Positions 39,323 to 49,823 are shown, counted from the stretch's first letter. The stretch is DNA of 64,000 bases from an uncultured cyanobacterium (GCA_963803805.1 CAWDOD010000010.1:1-64000); one strand, 5' to 3'. The notes: generated by a model not told the origin, from the letters alone. Made by a program: numbers and translations.

Positions 39323-39880
39323 ATGGTTACTAATTCTGAACGCTTTTTCCCTCCAGAAAACGGTTTTCATCATTCCCAAACCAGTTTTTCTTCAGAGAAC
39401 GAGCGATCACTCCACCGTTTAAACAGAGCAATTAACCTATCTCAAGGAGAATTTTCCTTGATTTTATGTGTTTGTAACGTACCCGCCTTAAGAAGAAAAA
39501 TAACTAAGCAACTCCAAGCGATTTCACCTTTAAAAGTTAATGAATTAACTTTGCATCCTTCGGTAAACACACTTTTTTCTACAGTTCAAACTAGTTTACA
39601 AAATCAATCTCCCGATGCTTTAGTGATTTTAGGATTGGAATCGGTGGTTAATCTTGATGATTTGCTTAGTTCCACTAATTTAGTGCGAGAGTTATTTGCT
39701 CAGGAATTTGCTTTTCCCCTGGTTTTGTGGGTGAACGACGATACATTAAGAAAACTAACACGTATCTATACCGATTTTAGAAGTTGGGGTGGTAGTTCAA
39801 TTCGCTTTGAAGTTTCCTATACCAAAAAATTTCACAGAAATAGTTGTTGGCCCTTACAATATCAGATTATTACGGCTTAA
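39323..39880 (+). CDS. Stand-alone degenerate P-loop-like domain, normally the N-terminus of large cyanobacterial TPR/WD40-STAND proteins
   Basis: SQGEFSLIL..CN, ALVILGLESV, FAFPLVLWV...DFRSW. Confidence 0.65.
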   Translation: MVTNSERFFPPENGFHHSQTSFSSENERSLHRLNRAINLSQGEFSLILCVCNVPALRRKITKQLQAISPLKVNELTLHPSVNTLFSTVQTSLQNQSPDALVILGLESVVNLDDLLSSTNLVRELFAQEFAFPLVLWVNDDTLRKLTRIYTDFRSWGGSSIRFEVSYTKKFHRNSCWPLQYQIITA

Positions 39881-40714
39881 GTTTCTACCAAAGGTGATGC
39901 TGTTTTTGAATTTGCCCAAGGGAAAGACTTGTATTTGAAGTAAAAACCTAGAGATCACAAAGCCCAAAATAACTAAGCTGCCAATACCAATAGTACTAGG
40001 AAGCCAGAAAAGAGCTTCAATATGATTAACCTCACCGGGTTGTAGCTTCCAAACTAAGCTTGAACCATCCTTTTGAGAAGGAATTAAGGCATTTGCCTCT
40101 TGCGCGACGCTACGAGCGCCCCAGGGTGTATTCAGAACAAATTCTAGATTAATTAATGAACCAGGGCTAACCGCTACATTGGTGTTGGAGTTAAGAAAAT
40201 CCAAGGCACGCAAATCCAAATCTAAGCTCAAGCGGTTACGTTGTAATAATAGCCAATTATTTTGCTTGATTTCCATTTGTGATTTGAGTTGTACCAAATC
40301 AAAACTATCTTGAGCCGTAGGTTGGGTATTTTGTTCGGGATTAGGATTAAAAAATTGGTTGAACTTCTTAGCTAAGTCTTGGGCATTATAGAAAGGAATG
40401 GTGGCAACAATTTCCTGCTCAGAGATTTTCTCGGTTTTCCCTTGAAGTTGTTGTGTCCTTTGTTTGATACTGTCTAACCATTGCTGGGCTTCAGACTGGC
40501 TAAAGTTAGCTAATTGATCGCTAAGTTTAATATGTTGAACAATTTCTCCTCTATGCAAGCCAGCAAAATTGACTCCGAGATCATATCGTACGCAACCGGA
40601 TAAAAGTAGGGTGATGACAAAAAACAAGGCGACAAAAAGAGAACGATAGGGTAAGAAATTTGAACTACTGGATTTGGTTTTGATGCTCATAATTTGTAGA
40701 TTAAAATTTCCCAA
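39854..40714 (-). CDS. DUF3153 family lipoprotein (probable frameshift near the 3' end)
   Basis: LLSGCVRYDLG, LDLDLRAL and WKLQPGEVNHIEALFWLPS motifs. Confidence 0.85.
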   Translation of the reverse strand: MGNFNLQIMSIKTKSSSSNFLPYRSLFVALFFVITLLLSGCVRYDLGVNFAGLHRGEIVQHIKLSDQLANFSQSEAQQWLDSIKQRTQQLQGKTEKISEQEIVATIPFYNAQDLAKKFNQFFNPNPEQNTQPTAQDSFDLVQLKSQMEIKQNNWLLLQRNRLSLDLDLRALDFLNSNTNVAVSPGSLINLEFVLNTPWGARSVAQEANALIPSQKDGSSLVWKLQPGEVNHIEALFWLPSTIGIGSLVILGFVISRFLLQIQVFPLGKFKNSITFGRNLSRNNLIL

Positions 40715-40810
40715 ATCTTAGCAAAGAATATCTCTTTGCCGATAGAAGCACAATCTGGACAAAATTTGCTTTAATATTCTTGGGCTTAATTAACCTACAT
40801 AATCTAAAAG

Positions 40811-41569
40811 ATGCCTAATCAACCCAAAAATAATGATGTTGTTCTCGGCAGTGGTTTCCACAAAGATGGGGCAGTTTCAGGAGGGATAGAGGGGTTAAAA
40901 AGACGTTTAAATCATCAAGATTGGCAAGTTAGAACAACTGCTTTATCAGAAGCGCTCGCCCATAGCAATACAGCTTTGGATTTAGTTATTAATGCACTGC
41001 AAGACGATTCTGCGGCAGTGAGACAAGCAGCATTGGTATTACTCCAGCAAAGTAGTGAACAGAAAATAAAGCAAGCAATTCAAACCTATAGAAATTCTTT
41101 TAACCTTATTACTGAAGGTATCGGTTATCAAAAAGTTAAGTTAGGCATGAATCAAAAACAAGTTCTAAGCAACCTCGGTAAACCTGAGAAGATTAGGGGC
41201 TACGAGAAAGGGAAAAGTCTCTATTACTGCTATTATAGCTTGGGTTTAAGTCTACTTTTTATTCAAGATTTAGTAACAAATTTATTCTTCTATAGTGGCA
41301 TTGCTGGGGGAAACATTAGGTGCGATTATCAAAGGTTTTTGGGACAAACAACGAGTTGTATTGACTTAAATTCTAAGTACAAAGAGGTTATTAAAGCTTA
41401 TGGTGAGCTTAAAGAAGAAGAAGAGGAATTACTAGCTTCTATTCCTGGAATTAGAGTCTTTTATCCTTCTAAAGGTATTGGTTTTTATTTTGTTAAGTCA
41501 AGCCAAGAAATAGTTTACATCTGGATTAATGAAGTTTTTACTCCCGATTGGCTCTTGCAGAAAAGGTAA
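40811..41569 (+). CDS. HEAT-repeat N-terminal module fused to an unknown C-terminal domain
   Basis: NQPKNNDVVLG...GGIEGLKRRL...VRTTALSEAL...LQD...VRQAA, then two GM..QV...LGKP / EVIKAYG repeats. Confidence 0.75.
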   Translation: MPNQPKNNDVVLGSGFHKDGAVSGGIEGLKRRLNHQDWQVRTTALSEALAHSNTALDLVINALQDDSAAVRQAALVLLQQSSEQKIKQAIQTYRNSFNLITEGIGYQKVKLGMNQKQVLSNLGKPEKIRGYEKGKSLYYCYYSLGLSLLFIQDLVTNLFFYSGIAGGNIRCDYQRFLGQTTSCIDLNSKYKEVIKAYGELKEEEEELLASIPGIRVFYPSKGIGFYFVKSSQEIVYIWINEVFTPDWLLQKR

Positions 41570-41578
41570 TTTCAATTA

Positions 41579-44500
41579 TCATTTATTATTAATAATTGGT
41601 CTAATAGCTAAGCTAGCTATTTGCCAAGGTACAATTTCTTCTTTTTCTTCTTTCAAAGGTTGTTCTAAACAATCTACATAACCTACATGGGCTTTGCCCA
41701 CCGTAGGTATCGCTACAGATAAATCACTTTGCAAACTTAATTTAGTTGTCTTACCTTGAGACTCATAACAGCGCAATATCCAAGTATTTTTTTCCACTTC
41801 TGCTTGTTTCAATGCCATTAAAATTAAACTTTCTCCTGGTAAATTTAACAATTGATTCATCGGAGGTAAACAAGCTGATTTTCTTTTCGCAGTTGTCTTT
41901 AATAACCAAGGTTGCAAAGGTTGATTTAATTCATAGCCTCGACGTACTACATCTGCTTTTTGCCAACTATTTTGATGGGGATAAATAGCGTAGGTGAAAT
42001 GATGTTTTCCTCTATCTGCTTTGGGATCGGGCCAGTTGGGAGAACGGAGTAAAGAAAGGCGAATTTGATTGTGTTTACTATCATAACCGTATTTACAATC
42101 ATTAAGTAAACTTACGCCATAGTTTTGCGAATCATCAGTTAAATCAGCCCACCTTAAAGCTGCTACTTCCCATTGAGCTTTTTCTGCTTCTGTTTTAGGT
42201 TGGGTGGTACGTTCAATAGCACCACAAGCTATTTCATATGTGGCAGTGTTGCTAGTTAAATTAAGAGGGAAGGCTGCTTTAACTAATACTTGATTTTCTT
42301 GCCAATTAACTATAGTTGCAATTTTTAAAATGGGTGAGTTTATTTGTAAGAAATAATCTTGAATAAATTCTGATTGACCAAATTTTTTAATTACTCGAAC
42401 ACATTGTTGTATTTCCCCTTTTTCCTGCCATTTTATAGAAATTAGTTGAGCAGGAGGTAAAAGATGTTGTTTATAATTAGGGTCAATATTCCAAGCATCC
42501 CAATATTGTCCTTTGTCTTGGAAAAATTGGAGTTGATTCCCTGCACCATTTAGAACTTGATAACCATTACTTTTGTCATAAATTTGTTGGATTTCCCCTG
42601 TTTTAGGGTTTATAATAACTTCTAAACAATCATTTTCTAAAATAAACTCTTCACTGTCTTGAACTTCTATCTTGCCATCTCCCTGACATAGCCAAAAAAG
42701 CTGATAACCAACACCGGGAATATTTTCCCCTAAGAACAACAATTTATTTTGTGAAGATAGCTGTGATTGCAACTCATTACCCGCCAAATCATAAACAGAC
42801 CAATTTCCCTCCGGTACTTCAACAGTAATAACTTCTGAACGTAACCAATTAAGAGAGTTGAAAATTACCAAAGGTTGAGCATCATATTGAGGAGGAGTTG
42901 GTAAACTAATTTGCTTGGCTATTTCTTTTAAAGCTTGTTCTTTGATTTTTACTCCCATTTCTATTACCTGTTGCCAATGGTGATTAGCTTTTGTGAAAAC
43001 CGGAGTTATAGAAGTTCCCGGTAAGATGTCATGAAATTGATTAAATAAAACTTGCTTCCAAGCAGTTTCTAATTCTTGTTGAGGATAGGGAAAATCTGTA
43101 ATTATATTAGCCAAAGAAGACCAAAGTTCAGCTTCATAAAGTAAGTTTTCACATCTACGATTATAGAGTTTTTGGTCAGCGTGGGTAGTATAGCAGCCAC
43201 GATGTAATTCTAAATAAAGTTCATTTTTCCAAATAGGCAAAGAACAATTTTCACTAATCTGCTGGAGATAATCTTTTGCTGTAGTAAACTTTAAGTTAGG
43301 GAAAAAAGGTGACTTTTGCCAACATCTTTGCACCTCTAACATATCTCTACTTGGCCCGCCGCCATGATCTCCGACACCGGGTAGCCAAAAAACATCTTTG
43401 ATGCCTGTTTGTTCCTCCCAATCTACTGCATAATTAGTTTGGGTAATGGGGTTAGTATCCATAACTCCGGTAACATTAGGAGGAGACATTAAAGTTAGTA
43501 ATTGTGTCCCGTCTAATCCTTGCCAGTGAAATAAACCGTAGGGAAATTTAGTACTATCATTCCAATGGAGTTTTTGGGTAACAAAATATTCAATTCCGCA
43601 TTGCTGGCAAATTTGAGGCAATTGCCAAGGAAAACCGAAACTATCAGTTAACCAAGCAATTTTAGTTATGTTTCCAAACTTTTCTTTAGTATATTTTTGA
43701 CCATAAAGTAACTGACGAATCAAAGATTCTCCGTTAGGAAGATTAACATCAGGTTCAACCCACATTCCTCCTAAAACTTCCCACCAGCCAGCTTTTACTG
43801 CCTCATGAATTTCTTTAAAAAGCTGAGGACGATTTTTTTCTAACCATTCATAAAGAACAGGGCTAGTGTGACAAAAAGTTAGTTCCGGGAAATCTGGTTT
43901 TAGTTTCAGTACAGAAGTAAATGTCCGTTGTGCAACCTCCCAAGTCTCCTCAACTTCCCATAACCAAGCTAGATCAAGATGGGCATGGGTTAACATTTGA
44001 ATACAACGTTGCTTTAAATTACTAGCTAAGGGGAGAAGATTTTCACGTAATTTTAATAAAGCTTGCTTAAACTCTGCTTGATTAGTAGCAAGTTGCCAAT
44101 TAATTTGAGATAATTCAGTTGCTAAGTTTGCTAATTTATTTGGCTCAAACTTTTCTAAATATTTCTGCAAAACCAACATTTCTTGAGCTACAAAGCCAGG
44201 ATTTAAGGGAGCTTCGTAAATACATTTTGCACCCATTAAAGCACCAATATCATGGCCAGGACTAACTAAACGAATAGCAACAATTAATTCTTCTTCAGGG
44301 GCTACAGATTCTCTTAATAATACCCGTGCTGAAGAATCAAATAAATCTCCTTCTTGTAATAACTTCCTATCAACATAAATTTGTGCTTCTTGCGCCCACC
44401 AAGTTAAAGCTAGTCGCAAGCTTAAACCGACTAAAGGATAAATATCTAAACTATCAGCAATAGTAATCTTTTGTGCTAACCAAATAACTTGACCACCAGC

Positions 44501-44689
44501 TCCGAAAACTATATATCCTTTTTCATTAAGTTCAACTTTTTCTCCCTGCTTGAGAATAATTAGGGGGAAACTATTACTATCAACATCTATATCATTATGA
44601 AAATAGTACCAATCCCTTTGAACATCCATCTCTGTTTGTTGACTTAACTTGGTAATGGTAGCTGCAATGTTTTGTGAGAATTGGTTCAT
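41579..44689 (-). CDS. Alpha-mannosidase, GH38
   Basis: HAHLDLAWLW, GGMWVEPD, DSFG, GDHGGGP and NQFHDILPG motifs. Confidence 0.95.
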   Translation of the reverse strand: MNQFSQNIAATITKLSQQTEMDVQRDWYYFHNDIDVDSNSFPLIILKQGEKVELNEKGYIVFGAGGQVIWLAQKITIADSLDIYPLVGLSLRLALTWWAQEAQIYVDRKLLQEGDLFDSSARVLLRESVAPEEELIVAIRLVSPGHDIGALMGAKCIYEAPLNPGFVAQEMLVLQKYLEKFEPNKLANLATELSQINWQLATNQAEFKQALLKLRENLLPLASNLKQRCIQMLTHAHLDLAWLWEVEETWEVAQRTFTSVLKLKPDFPELTFCHTSPVLYEWLEKNRPQLFKEIHEAVKAGWWEVLGGMWVEPDVNLPNGESLIRQLLYGQKYTKEKFGNITKIAWLTDSFGFPWQLPQICQQCGIEYFVTQKLHWNDSTKFPYGLFHWQGLDGTQLLTLMSPPNVTGVMDTNPITQTNYAVDWEEQTGIKDVFWLPGVGDHGGGPSRDMLEVQRCWQKSPFFPNLKFTTAKDYLQQISENCSLPIWKNELYLELHRGCYTTHADQKLYNRRCENLLYEAELWSSLANIITDFPYPQQELETAWKQVLFNQFHDILPGTSITPVFTKANHHWQQVIEMGVKIKEQALKEIAKQISLPTPPQYDAQPLVIFNSLNWLRSEVITVEVPEGNWSVYDLAGNELQSQLSSQNKLLFLGENIPGVGYQLFWLCQGDGKIEVQDSEEFILENDCLEVIINPKTGEIQQIYDKSNGYQVLNGAGNQLQFFQDKGQYWDAWNIDPNYKQHLLPPAQLISIKWQEKGEIQQCVRVIKKFGQSEFIQDYFLQINSPILKIATIVNWQENQVLVKAAFPLNLTSNTATYEIACGAIERTTQPKTEAEKAQWEVAALRWADLTDDSQNYGVSLLNDCKYGYDSKHNQIRLSLLRSPNWPDPKADRGKHHFTYAIYPHQNSWQKADVVRRGYELNQPLQPWLLKTTAKRKSACLPPMNQLLNLPGESLILMALKQAEVEKNTWILRCYESQGKTTKLSLQSDLSVAIPTVGKAHVGYVDCLEQPLKEEKEEIVPWQIASLAIRPIINNK
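41681..41708. repeat. REP-like palindrome inside the GH38 coding sequence
   Basis: acctac-a-tgggc-ttt-gccca-cc-gtaggt hairpin of the GGTGGGCAAAGCCCA type. Confidence 0.6.
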
Positions 44690-45064
44690 ACTAGATCAAA
44701 TTTATAGAGACTTGCTAAGGCTATTGAGACGAAAAATTACAATTTATGTTATAATTATCTCACTAAGATAAAATTTTCTATTAACTAGTTCTTTTTGCAG
44801 TTGGAGTAGGGCAGGGAGCTTTCCTGATTTGATGGAAGGTAAACATTTAACCTGACCAATTTTTATATCGCCTATTGTCTAGCCCCATAATTGAACAGCA
44901 AACAGCTTATTTTCTCTTTAGGTTTAAGTTATTGAAGCTTTTTGGGTAAGCTAGGTCGTAGAGAAAATCTAACTTTGCTCTGTTTTCTAGCGTTGGCGCA
45001 AGTTTAATTGGGCTTTTAATAAAAACTAAAGTCATCAAGAAAATATTGGTGAGGTCAATATTAT

Positions 45065-45343
45065 ATGTGGAAGAAGATACTCATAGCCTTAATTTGTTTA
45101 GAAATAGTTTTAGTAACTGTCTTAAGAAATACTCCAGTTAACGCTACTATTAGCGATCCGGCTACCTACACTTGGGATTTTCGGAGAGTTGGTAGCGAAC
45201 AAGTAGTGTGCAAGGAAGTAATGATTCATCCAGGTAAAAGATTTGTACCGAAATCTTCCGATAAACAATCTATTAAGGTAGACTCTCAAATTGTCGCAGA
45301 TAGCTATTGTGCTAACTTAACCAAACCCATTGTTGCTAAGTAA
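45065..45343 (+). CDS. Small secreted hypothetical protein
   Basis: Signal peptide and two Cys in the mature part. Confidence 0.7.
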   Translation: MWKKILIALICLEIVLVTVLRNTPVNATISDPATYTWDFRRVGSEQVVCKEVMIHPGKRFVPKSSDKQSIKVDSQIVADSYCANLTKPIVAK

Positions 45344-45418
45344 TTAGAAAAGAAGGCTGCTCATGATTTAAGATTTAATTACCTCTTACCCTAAGCAGCC
45401 TTCTTTTAATTTATTTCT

Positions 45419-46309
45419 ATGGGAGTTAATAATTCTCCTAAACATTCTTCACTTGAATCAATCATCAACCAAGCTAAGGAAGAACTACTTTCTCCTCAGC
45501 AATTTTATAGCCTTTGTCAAGAGCAAATTAAAGCTAAGCAAAAGCTTTACTTTTTATCTCCCTCTCCTCATGTCCTTGACCTTAATTCAGGAATTAATGA
45601 AGAGAGGTTTTTCCTTTTCTGTGATTACTTAGCTAACTATTTGCGTTCTCCTAATTTAAAACAAAAGCAAATAATTTTCTATTTACAGAAGGTGGTAATT
45701 AGGATTAAGGGGCAAAGCAAATTAGTAACGCGAGTCACTCAAAGTAATTATCTGCCTCACAAAAGCCTATCTTCCCGTTTAAAAATCGTCGTAGAAATAG
45801 TAGGTAAAGGCATGGTTGGAAAAGTTGCCCGCCTTAAGATTAATGATAGCCAAGAAATTGCTTTTAAAGCTTTTTTTGATCCCGATTTTGTTTGGCATCA
45901 TGGCCCTTGGGGAGAAATTCCCATAGGTATATATTTAACTAGCAATCAAGTAACTAAAGATATACCTAAGTTCTATTTTGCAGGACAAACTTGGGCGGTA
46001 TGGGAATGGATTGCCAGAGAAGAAAAACCCCAAAGCAGAATAGGTATAACCTACGAAGAATTTGCTCAACAGCAAAATTTAACCAAGCTTAATGCCTTAA
46101 ATAGAAGTAATTATAATCTCTATAACATTCGCCTAGATTTAGGGGGAATTCAAAAGAGAACTTGGGGTAGATATTGGCAAAACCTGCTTCAAGGAACTAA
46201 TTTTTATCTTCGTAAAGGAAAAAGAGAAGGAATATCTTCTTTGACAATCTATTTCCACCCTAAACATTTACGTTATCTTTTGTGGCGATTAAAAAGAGAA
46301 ATTTGGTGA
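45419..46309 (+). CDS. Hypothetical protein with partial kinase-like motifs
   Basis: VGKGMVGKV Gly-loop, IAFK, WEWI and DLGG. Confidence 0.6.
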   Translation: MGVNNSPKHSSLESIINQAKEELLSPQQFYSLCQEQIKAKQKLYFLSPSPHVLDLNSGINEERFFLFCDYLANYLRSPNLKQKQIIFYLQKVVIRIKGQSKLVTRVTQSNYLPHKSLSSRLKIVVEIVGKGMVGKVARLKINDSQEIAFKAFFDPDFVWHHGPWGEIPIGIYLTSNQVTKDIPKFYFAGQTWAVWEWIAREEKPQSRIGITYEEFAQQQNLTKLNALNRSNYNLYNIRLDLGGIQKRTWGRYWQNLLQGTNFYLRKGKREGISSLTIYFHPKHLRYLLWRLKREIW

Positions 46310-46360
46310 AAAGTCGGAAGCCGAATCGATAGTGAGGGAACTATAGCTAACAGATTAATT

Positions 46361-48037
46361 TTAATTGGTATAACTTCTTGTTTTATAAAAGAAACGCTCT
46401 TTTAGCTTGCCAGAATCAGGGCCAGAAGGCGCTTTAAGAAAGTTCCATTGCCATTTTTGAATTTCATAAGCAACTATGTGATCTTCCGATGGTAGACTGC
46501 GATTATAAGTGGTAGCGCTAATATCAAGATATTTCTTACAAACATTTACTTTAGCCGGATCAAAGCAAAATTTGCGAGTAACTCGTTTATAACGACCATT
46601 TTTCATTGCACCAATCGCCTGTTCTAAATAGGCTTTCGTCGTTTCTCCTGACTGACGATGGGCTAAAACTTTGTAATACTCAATCTCTCCTGTAGTGTTT
46701 GAACCAGAATACATTTGCCAAGCAGTGATGGGATAAAACTCAACTCGATAAACCCAAGTGAGGAGGAGAAAGACGCTTAAGGTGGTTACGAGTAAAGGGT
46801 AGTATAAGTTAGGCAAGAAAGCTCTTTTCGGTAAAGATTCCCTGGTTATTAAAAGGCGATCGCGCTTTAACTTTCGACTAATTGCTTGACGAATTTTGGT
46901 AAAATCGTAGTAGATAAGTTGCAAAATAATTAAATCGAAAAAAGCAATATTTTGTAGTAAAAAGATGCCAGTGTGCATCATCGCCATTAAGGGAGGAAAG
47001 ATGCGTCTTGCTAGTTTGGAAAAGAGAACACTAGCGTAGAAAAGTTCGCCAAATAAACCAGCTATTCCTAATAAAATAAATAGTAATTTGGGGGCAGAAA
47101 TGAGATTCAAACCTAATCCCCAATCCACCCTAGCAGGATTGAGAGCATCTGTGAATACAATCGTTCTCATATTAGTAGCATTCCACCAAAAAAAGCCCCC
47201 TTTAGTAAGTTTGCTCAAAGCCGCAGCGAGATAAACCATAGCCAAAACTACCCAACAAGCATAGCGTGACCAACCATAAATAGGGTCATATTCGTCAGCT
47301 TTTGGTACAGTTTTGCCTTGGCGAATTTTCCAGAATCTATCTACTGATAAACCATCTCCACAGGGGGTAAAAGCCAGGACAAATATTAAGTAAAGAGGAA
47401 CAATTCCTGCATGGCCAAAATGTTCGTATTGACGAATAATTCCTCCAAATATACAGTAAAGAATTCCTCCTAAAGGAAGTACCCATTTTGTCTGCCAGCC
47501 AATAGTTGCCAGAAATAATATTAATACTGTTAGCCACTTGAAAATTTGTAAGGCTGCGTAGCTATCAGTAAAAGCATCAAACCCAATAGGTAAGGCATAA
47601 AAAATCTCCATCGTACCCATGAATACGCGCATCTGGCTAGGAAGTAAAGCACTGCTAGCAATTTCTTCCCAAAGGGCGCTAGCTAAAAGAAATCCACAGG
47701 TAATAATTCTGATTGAACCTAAAGTTTCTGGGGTTGCTTTACCAACAAACTTGGTAAAGAAAGTTTTACTAGTAGTTACTAAGGCAATAAAACCAAAAGC
47801 AAGAAAGAAAATTAGACCTGCTTCGGTTAATGTATCCAAACGCCATAGTAATCGGTCGAGGGGTCTATTTAATCCTAAAATAATGTTACCAACAACAGGT
47901 AAACCTTGATCACTATAAGCTGCCTGAAGAAGAGGACGTATAATCAGTTTAGCTACAGCAATCCAGATAATTCCTGATAAAGCTGCACTAAAGCATAGCC
48001 AGAAACGAAATTGACGCTTTTTAAAATTGATCTTCAT
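46361..48037 (-). CDS. HTTM-domain-like polytopic membrane protein
   Basis: LGSIRI, CGDGLSVD, YLAAALSKL...WW and MHTGIFLLQNI; C-terminal FYPITAWQMYS. Confidence 0.75.
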   Translation of the reverse strand: MKINFKKRQFRFWLCFSAALSGIIWIAVAKLIIRPLLQAAYSDQGLPVVGNIILGLNRPLDRLLWRLDTLTEAGLIFFLAFGFIALVTTSKTFFTKFVGKATPETLGSIRIITCGFLLASALWEEIASSALLPSQMRVFMGTMEIFYALPIGFDAFTDSYAALQIFKWLTVLILFLATIGWQTKWVLPLGGILYCIFGGIIRQYEHFGHAGIVPLYLIFVLAFTPCGDGLSVDRFWKIRQGKTVPKADEYDPIYGWSRYACWVVLAMVYLAAALSKLTKGGFFWWNATNMRTIVFTDALNPARVDWGLGLNLISAPKLLFILLGIAGLFGELFYASVLFSKLARRIFPPLMAMMHTGIFLLQNIAFFDLIILQLIYYDFTKIRQAISRKLKRDRLLITRESLPKRAFLPNLYYPLLVTTLSVFLLLTWVYRVEFYPITAWQMYSGSNTTGEIEYYKVLAHRQSGETTKAYLEQAIGAMKNGRYKRVTRKFCFDPAKVNVCKKYLDISATTYNRSLPSEDHIVAYEIQKWQWNFLKAPSGPDSGKLKERFFYKTRSYTN

Positions 48038-49654
48038 TCAATTTTCTACTTTTTCTTTGCTATATACTCTTATTTCTGGGTTAATCTTATCTAAGTTAGT
48101 ATCGTGATAAGTTAATTTTTTGTCAGGTTTTAATAAGTTCCAGGTTGGTTGAGATTGATACTTTAGTACCAACTTGTAACCGTATTTTTCTTCTTTTAGA
48201 CTATTAAAGAAATCATATCTAGTTGTTCCAGGTTTAGAACGGCGAATATCAAAAGAACTGGTAGTTATTATATAGTCAGGATTAACTTCTAACAAGTAAT
48301 CATTACTTAGGGAGGGTGATCGCGTATTCATAACCTCATCGTAGATTTCTAATCTTGGTAAATATTCTTGTTGACCAATACTCAAGATTAAATCACTATC
48401 ACTAATATTTTTGCTCAACCATTTTTCTACATAATATCGAGAATCTTGACTCATTAAGATATTAACGGAACTTGAATAAGCTAAAGTATAAGCAAATAAT
48501 ATACTAACGGCAAAAGCCATAAACTTGAAATACTTATAGTTAGGACGCAATAATTTTTTTAGTAAATGAGCGCCAAAAAAAGTTAGAACAATGCAAACAG
48601 GAAGAGTAAAGCGATCTCGGACATAAGCAATGTAACTAATATAAAATAAGTAGTAAGATAAAATCGGCACTAAAGTAGATAATAGTAAATAGTTTTTCTT
48701 TTTTCTTACCAAAGAGTTTATTAACCCTACTAAACAAACTACAAACATTGGTCTACCGAAAGAAAAGCTTGTTAGTTTTAAAGTCTGTCCTAATAATTTT
48801 AAGTTTTCGCTGATTCCCCCTTTAAAAGTTTTAGGGGCATCTCCTGCTTGTTCTGTCAGTAGTTTTACATGAGCTATAAATCCTGACCAGTTAAAAAGGA
48901 TGTTATGTAATAGGAAAAACAGTCCTACTGAAAGCAATAGAGAAAAGATAATTTTTTTGTCGATTAGAGACTGCCATAGCTGAACATTTTTCTGCTTTTG
49001 TTTTTGACTTACATGGTGAATTATGATGATAAATAGAGGAGTCAGGACATAAAAACCATAGGCTTGGTCTTTTGTACAAATAGAAATAACCGCCGCTCCT
49101 GAAAATAATAAATAATCTCTAAGTTTTTGGTATTTCAAAATTCTGAGATAAAATAGCAAAGATAAAACAAACCAAAAAACGTAGGGGATTTCTAAATTTG
49201 TGGTTTTAGAAAAATAGACAAAAGGGCAAATTAAAGCAGTCATTAAAGCTGCCAAGAAAGAAGTCCTTGCTTCATAAATTTCCTTGCCACATAAATATAC
49301 TAAAAAAATAATTCCGATTCCCATAAATACGCTGACAAATCTTTGTAGATAAAAAAGCAGCGTATAGGTTGGTAAGCTATTAATATCTACTAAGTTTAAC
49401 CAATCAAAAAGTAAAATTGGCAAATAAGTAACGGTTAATAAATAATAGTGAAAGGGTGGATATTTATAATGCCAGCCATGAGAAAAATTAGCATCAATAC
49501 CACTCAAAACTTGTTGAGGAATTATTTCATCGATTGCCCAACCATGATAACTTGGTAATCCCCACCAAATTCCCCAGCAATTGAGTATCAAGCTGCAAAG
49601 TAGTAAACTTGAAACTGCCGCATTTATAGTTACTTTTAGCTTAGTTGATTTCAT
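48038..49654 (-). CDS. GT-C (ArnT/PMT_2-like) membrane glycosyltransferase
   Basis: WGLP...WAIDE, YPPFHYY, multiple TM helices, TKDQ and RFTLP. Confidence 0.85.
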   Translation of the reverse strand: MKSTKLKVTINAAVSSLLLCSLILNCWGIWWGLPSYHGWAIDEIIPQQVLSGIDANFSHGWHYKYPPFHYYLLTVTYLPILLFDWLNLVDINSLPTYTLLFYLQRFVSVFMGIGIIFLVYLCGKEIYEARTSFLAALMTALICPFVYFSKTTNLEIPYVFWFVLSLLFYLRILKYQKLRDYLLFSGAAVISICTKDQAYGFYVLTPLFIIIIHHVSQKQKQKNVQLWQSLIDKKIIFSLLLSVGLFFLLHNILFNWSGFIAHVKLLTEQAGDAPKTFKGGISENLKLLGQTLKLTSFSFGRPMFVVCLVGLINSLVRKKKNYLLLSTLVPILSYYLFYISYIAYVRDRFTLPVCIVLTFFGAHLLKKLLRPNYKYFKFMAFAVSILFAYTLAYSSSVNILMSQDSRYYVEKWLSKNISDSDLILSIGQQEYLPRLEIYDEVMNTRSPSLSNDYLLEVNPDYIITTSSFDIRRSKPGTTRYDFFNSLKEEKYGYKLVLKYQSQPTWNLLKPDKKLTYHDTNLDKINPEIRVYSKEKVEN

Positions 49655-49823
49655 TACTTGAAAGCGCTTATGAAGTTATCACCCTACTAGTAAACCAAAT
49701 AAATGAACTAAGAAGAGATAGTGTTTTTAATGCCAAATTCCCCTTCCCCCGTCAATTTAAAATTGACAGGCTACTAAGGAGGATAAATGTTTAATGGCAA
49801 ATGATAAATGATCTGAGTTACCT

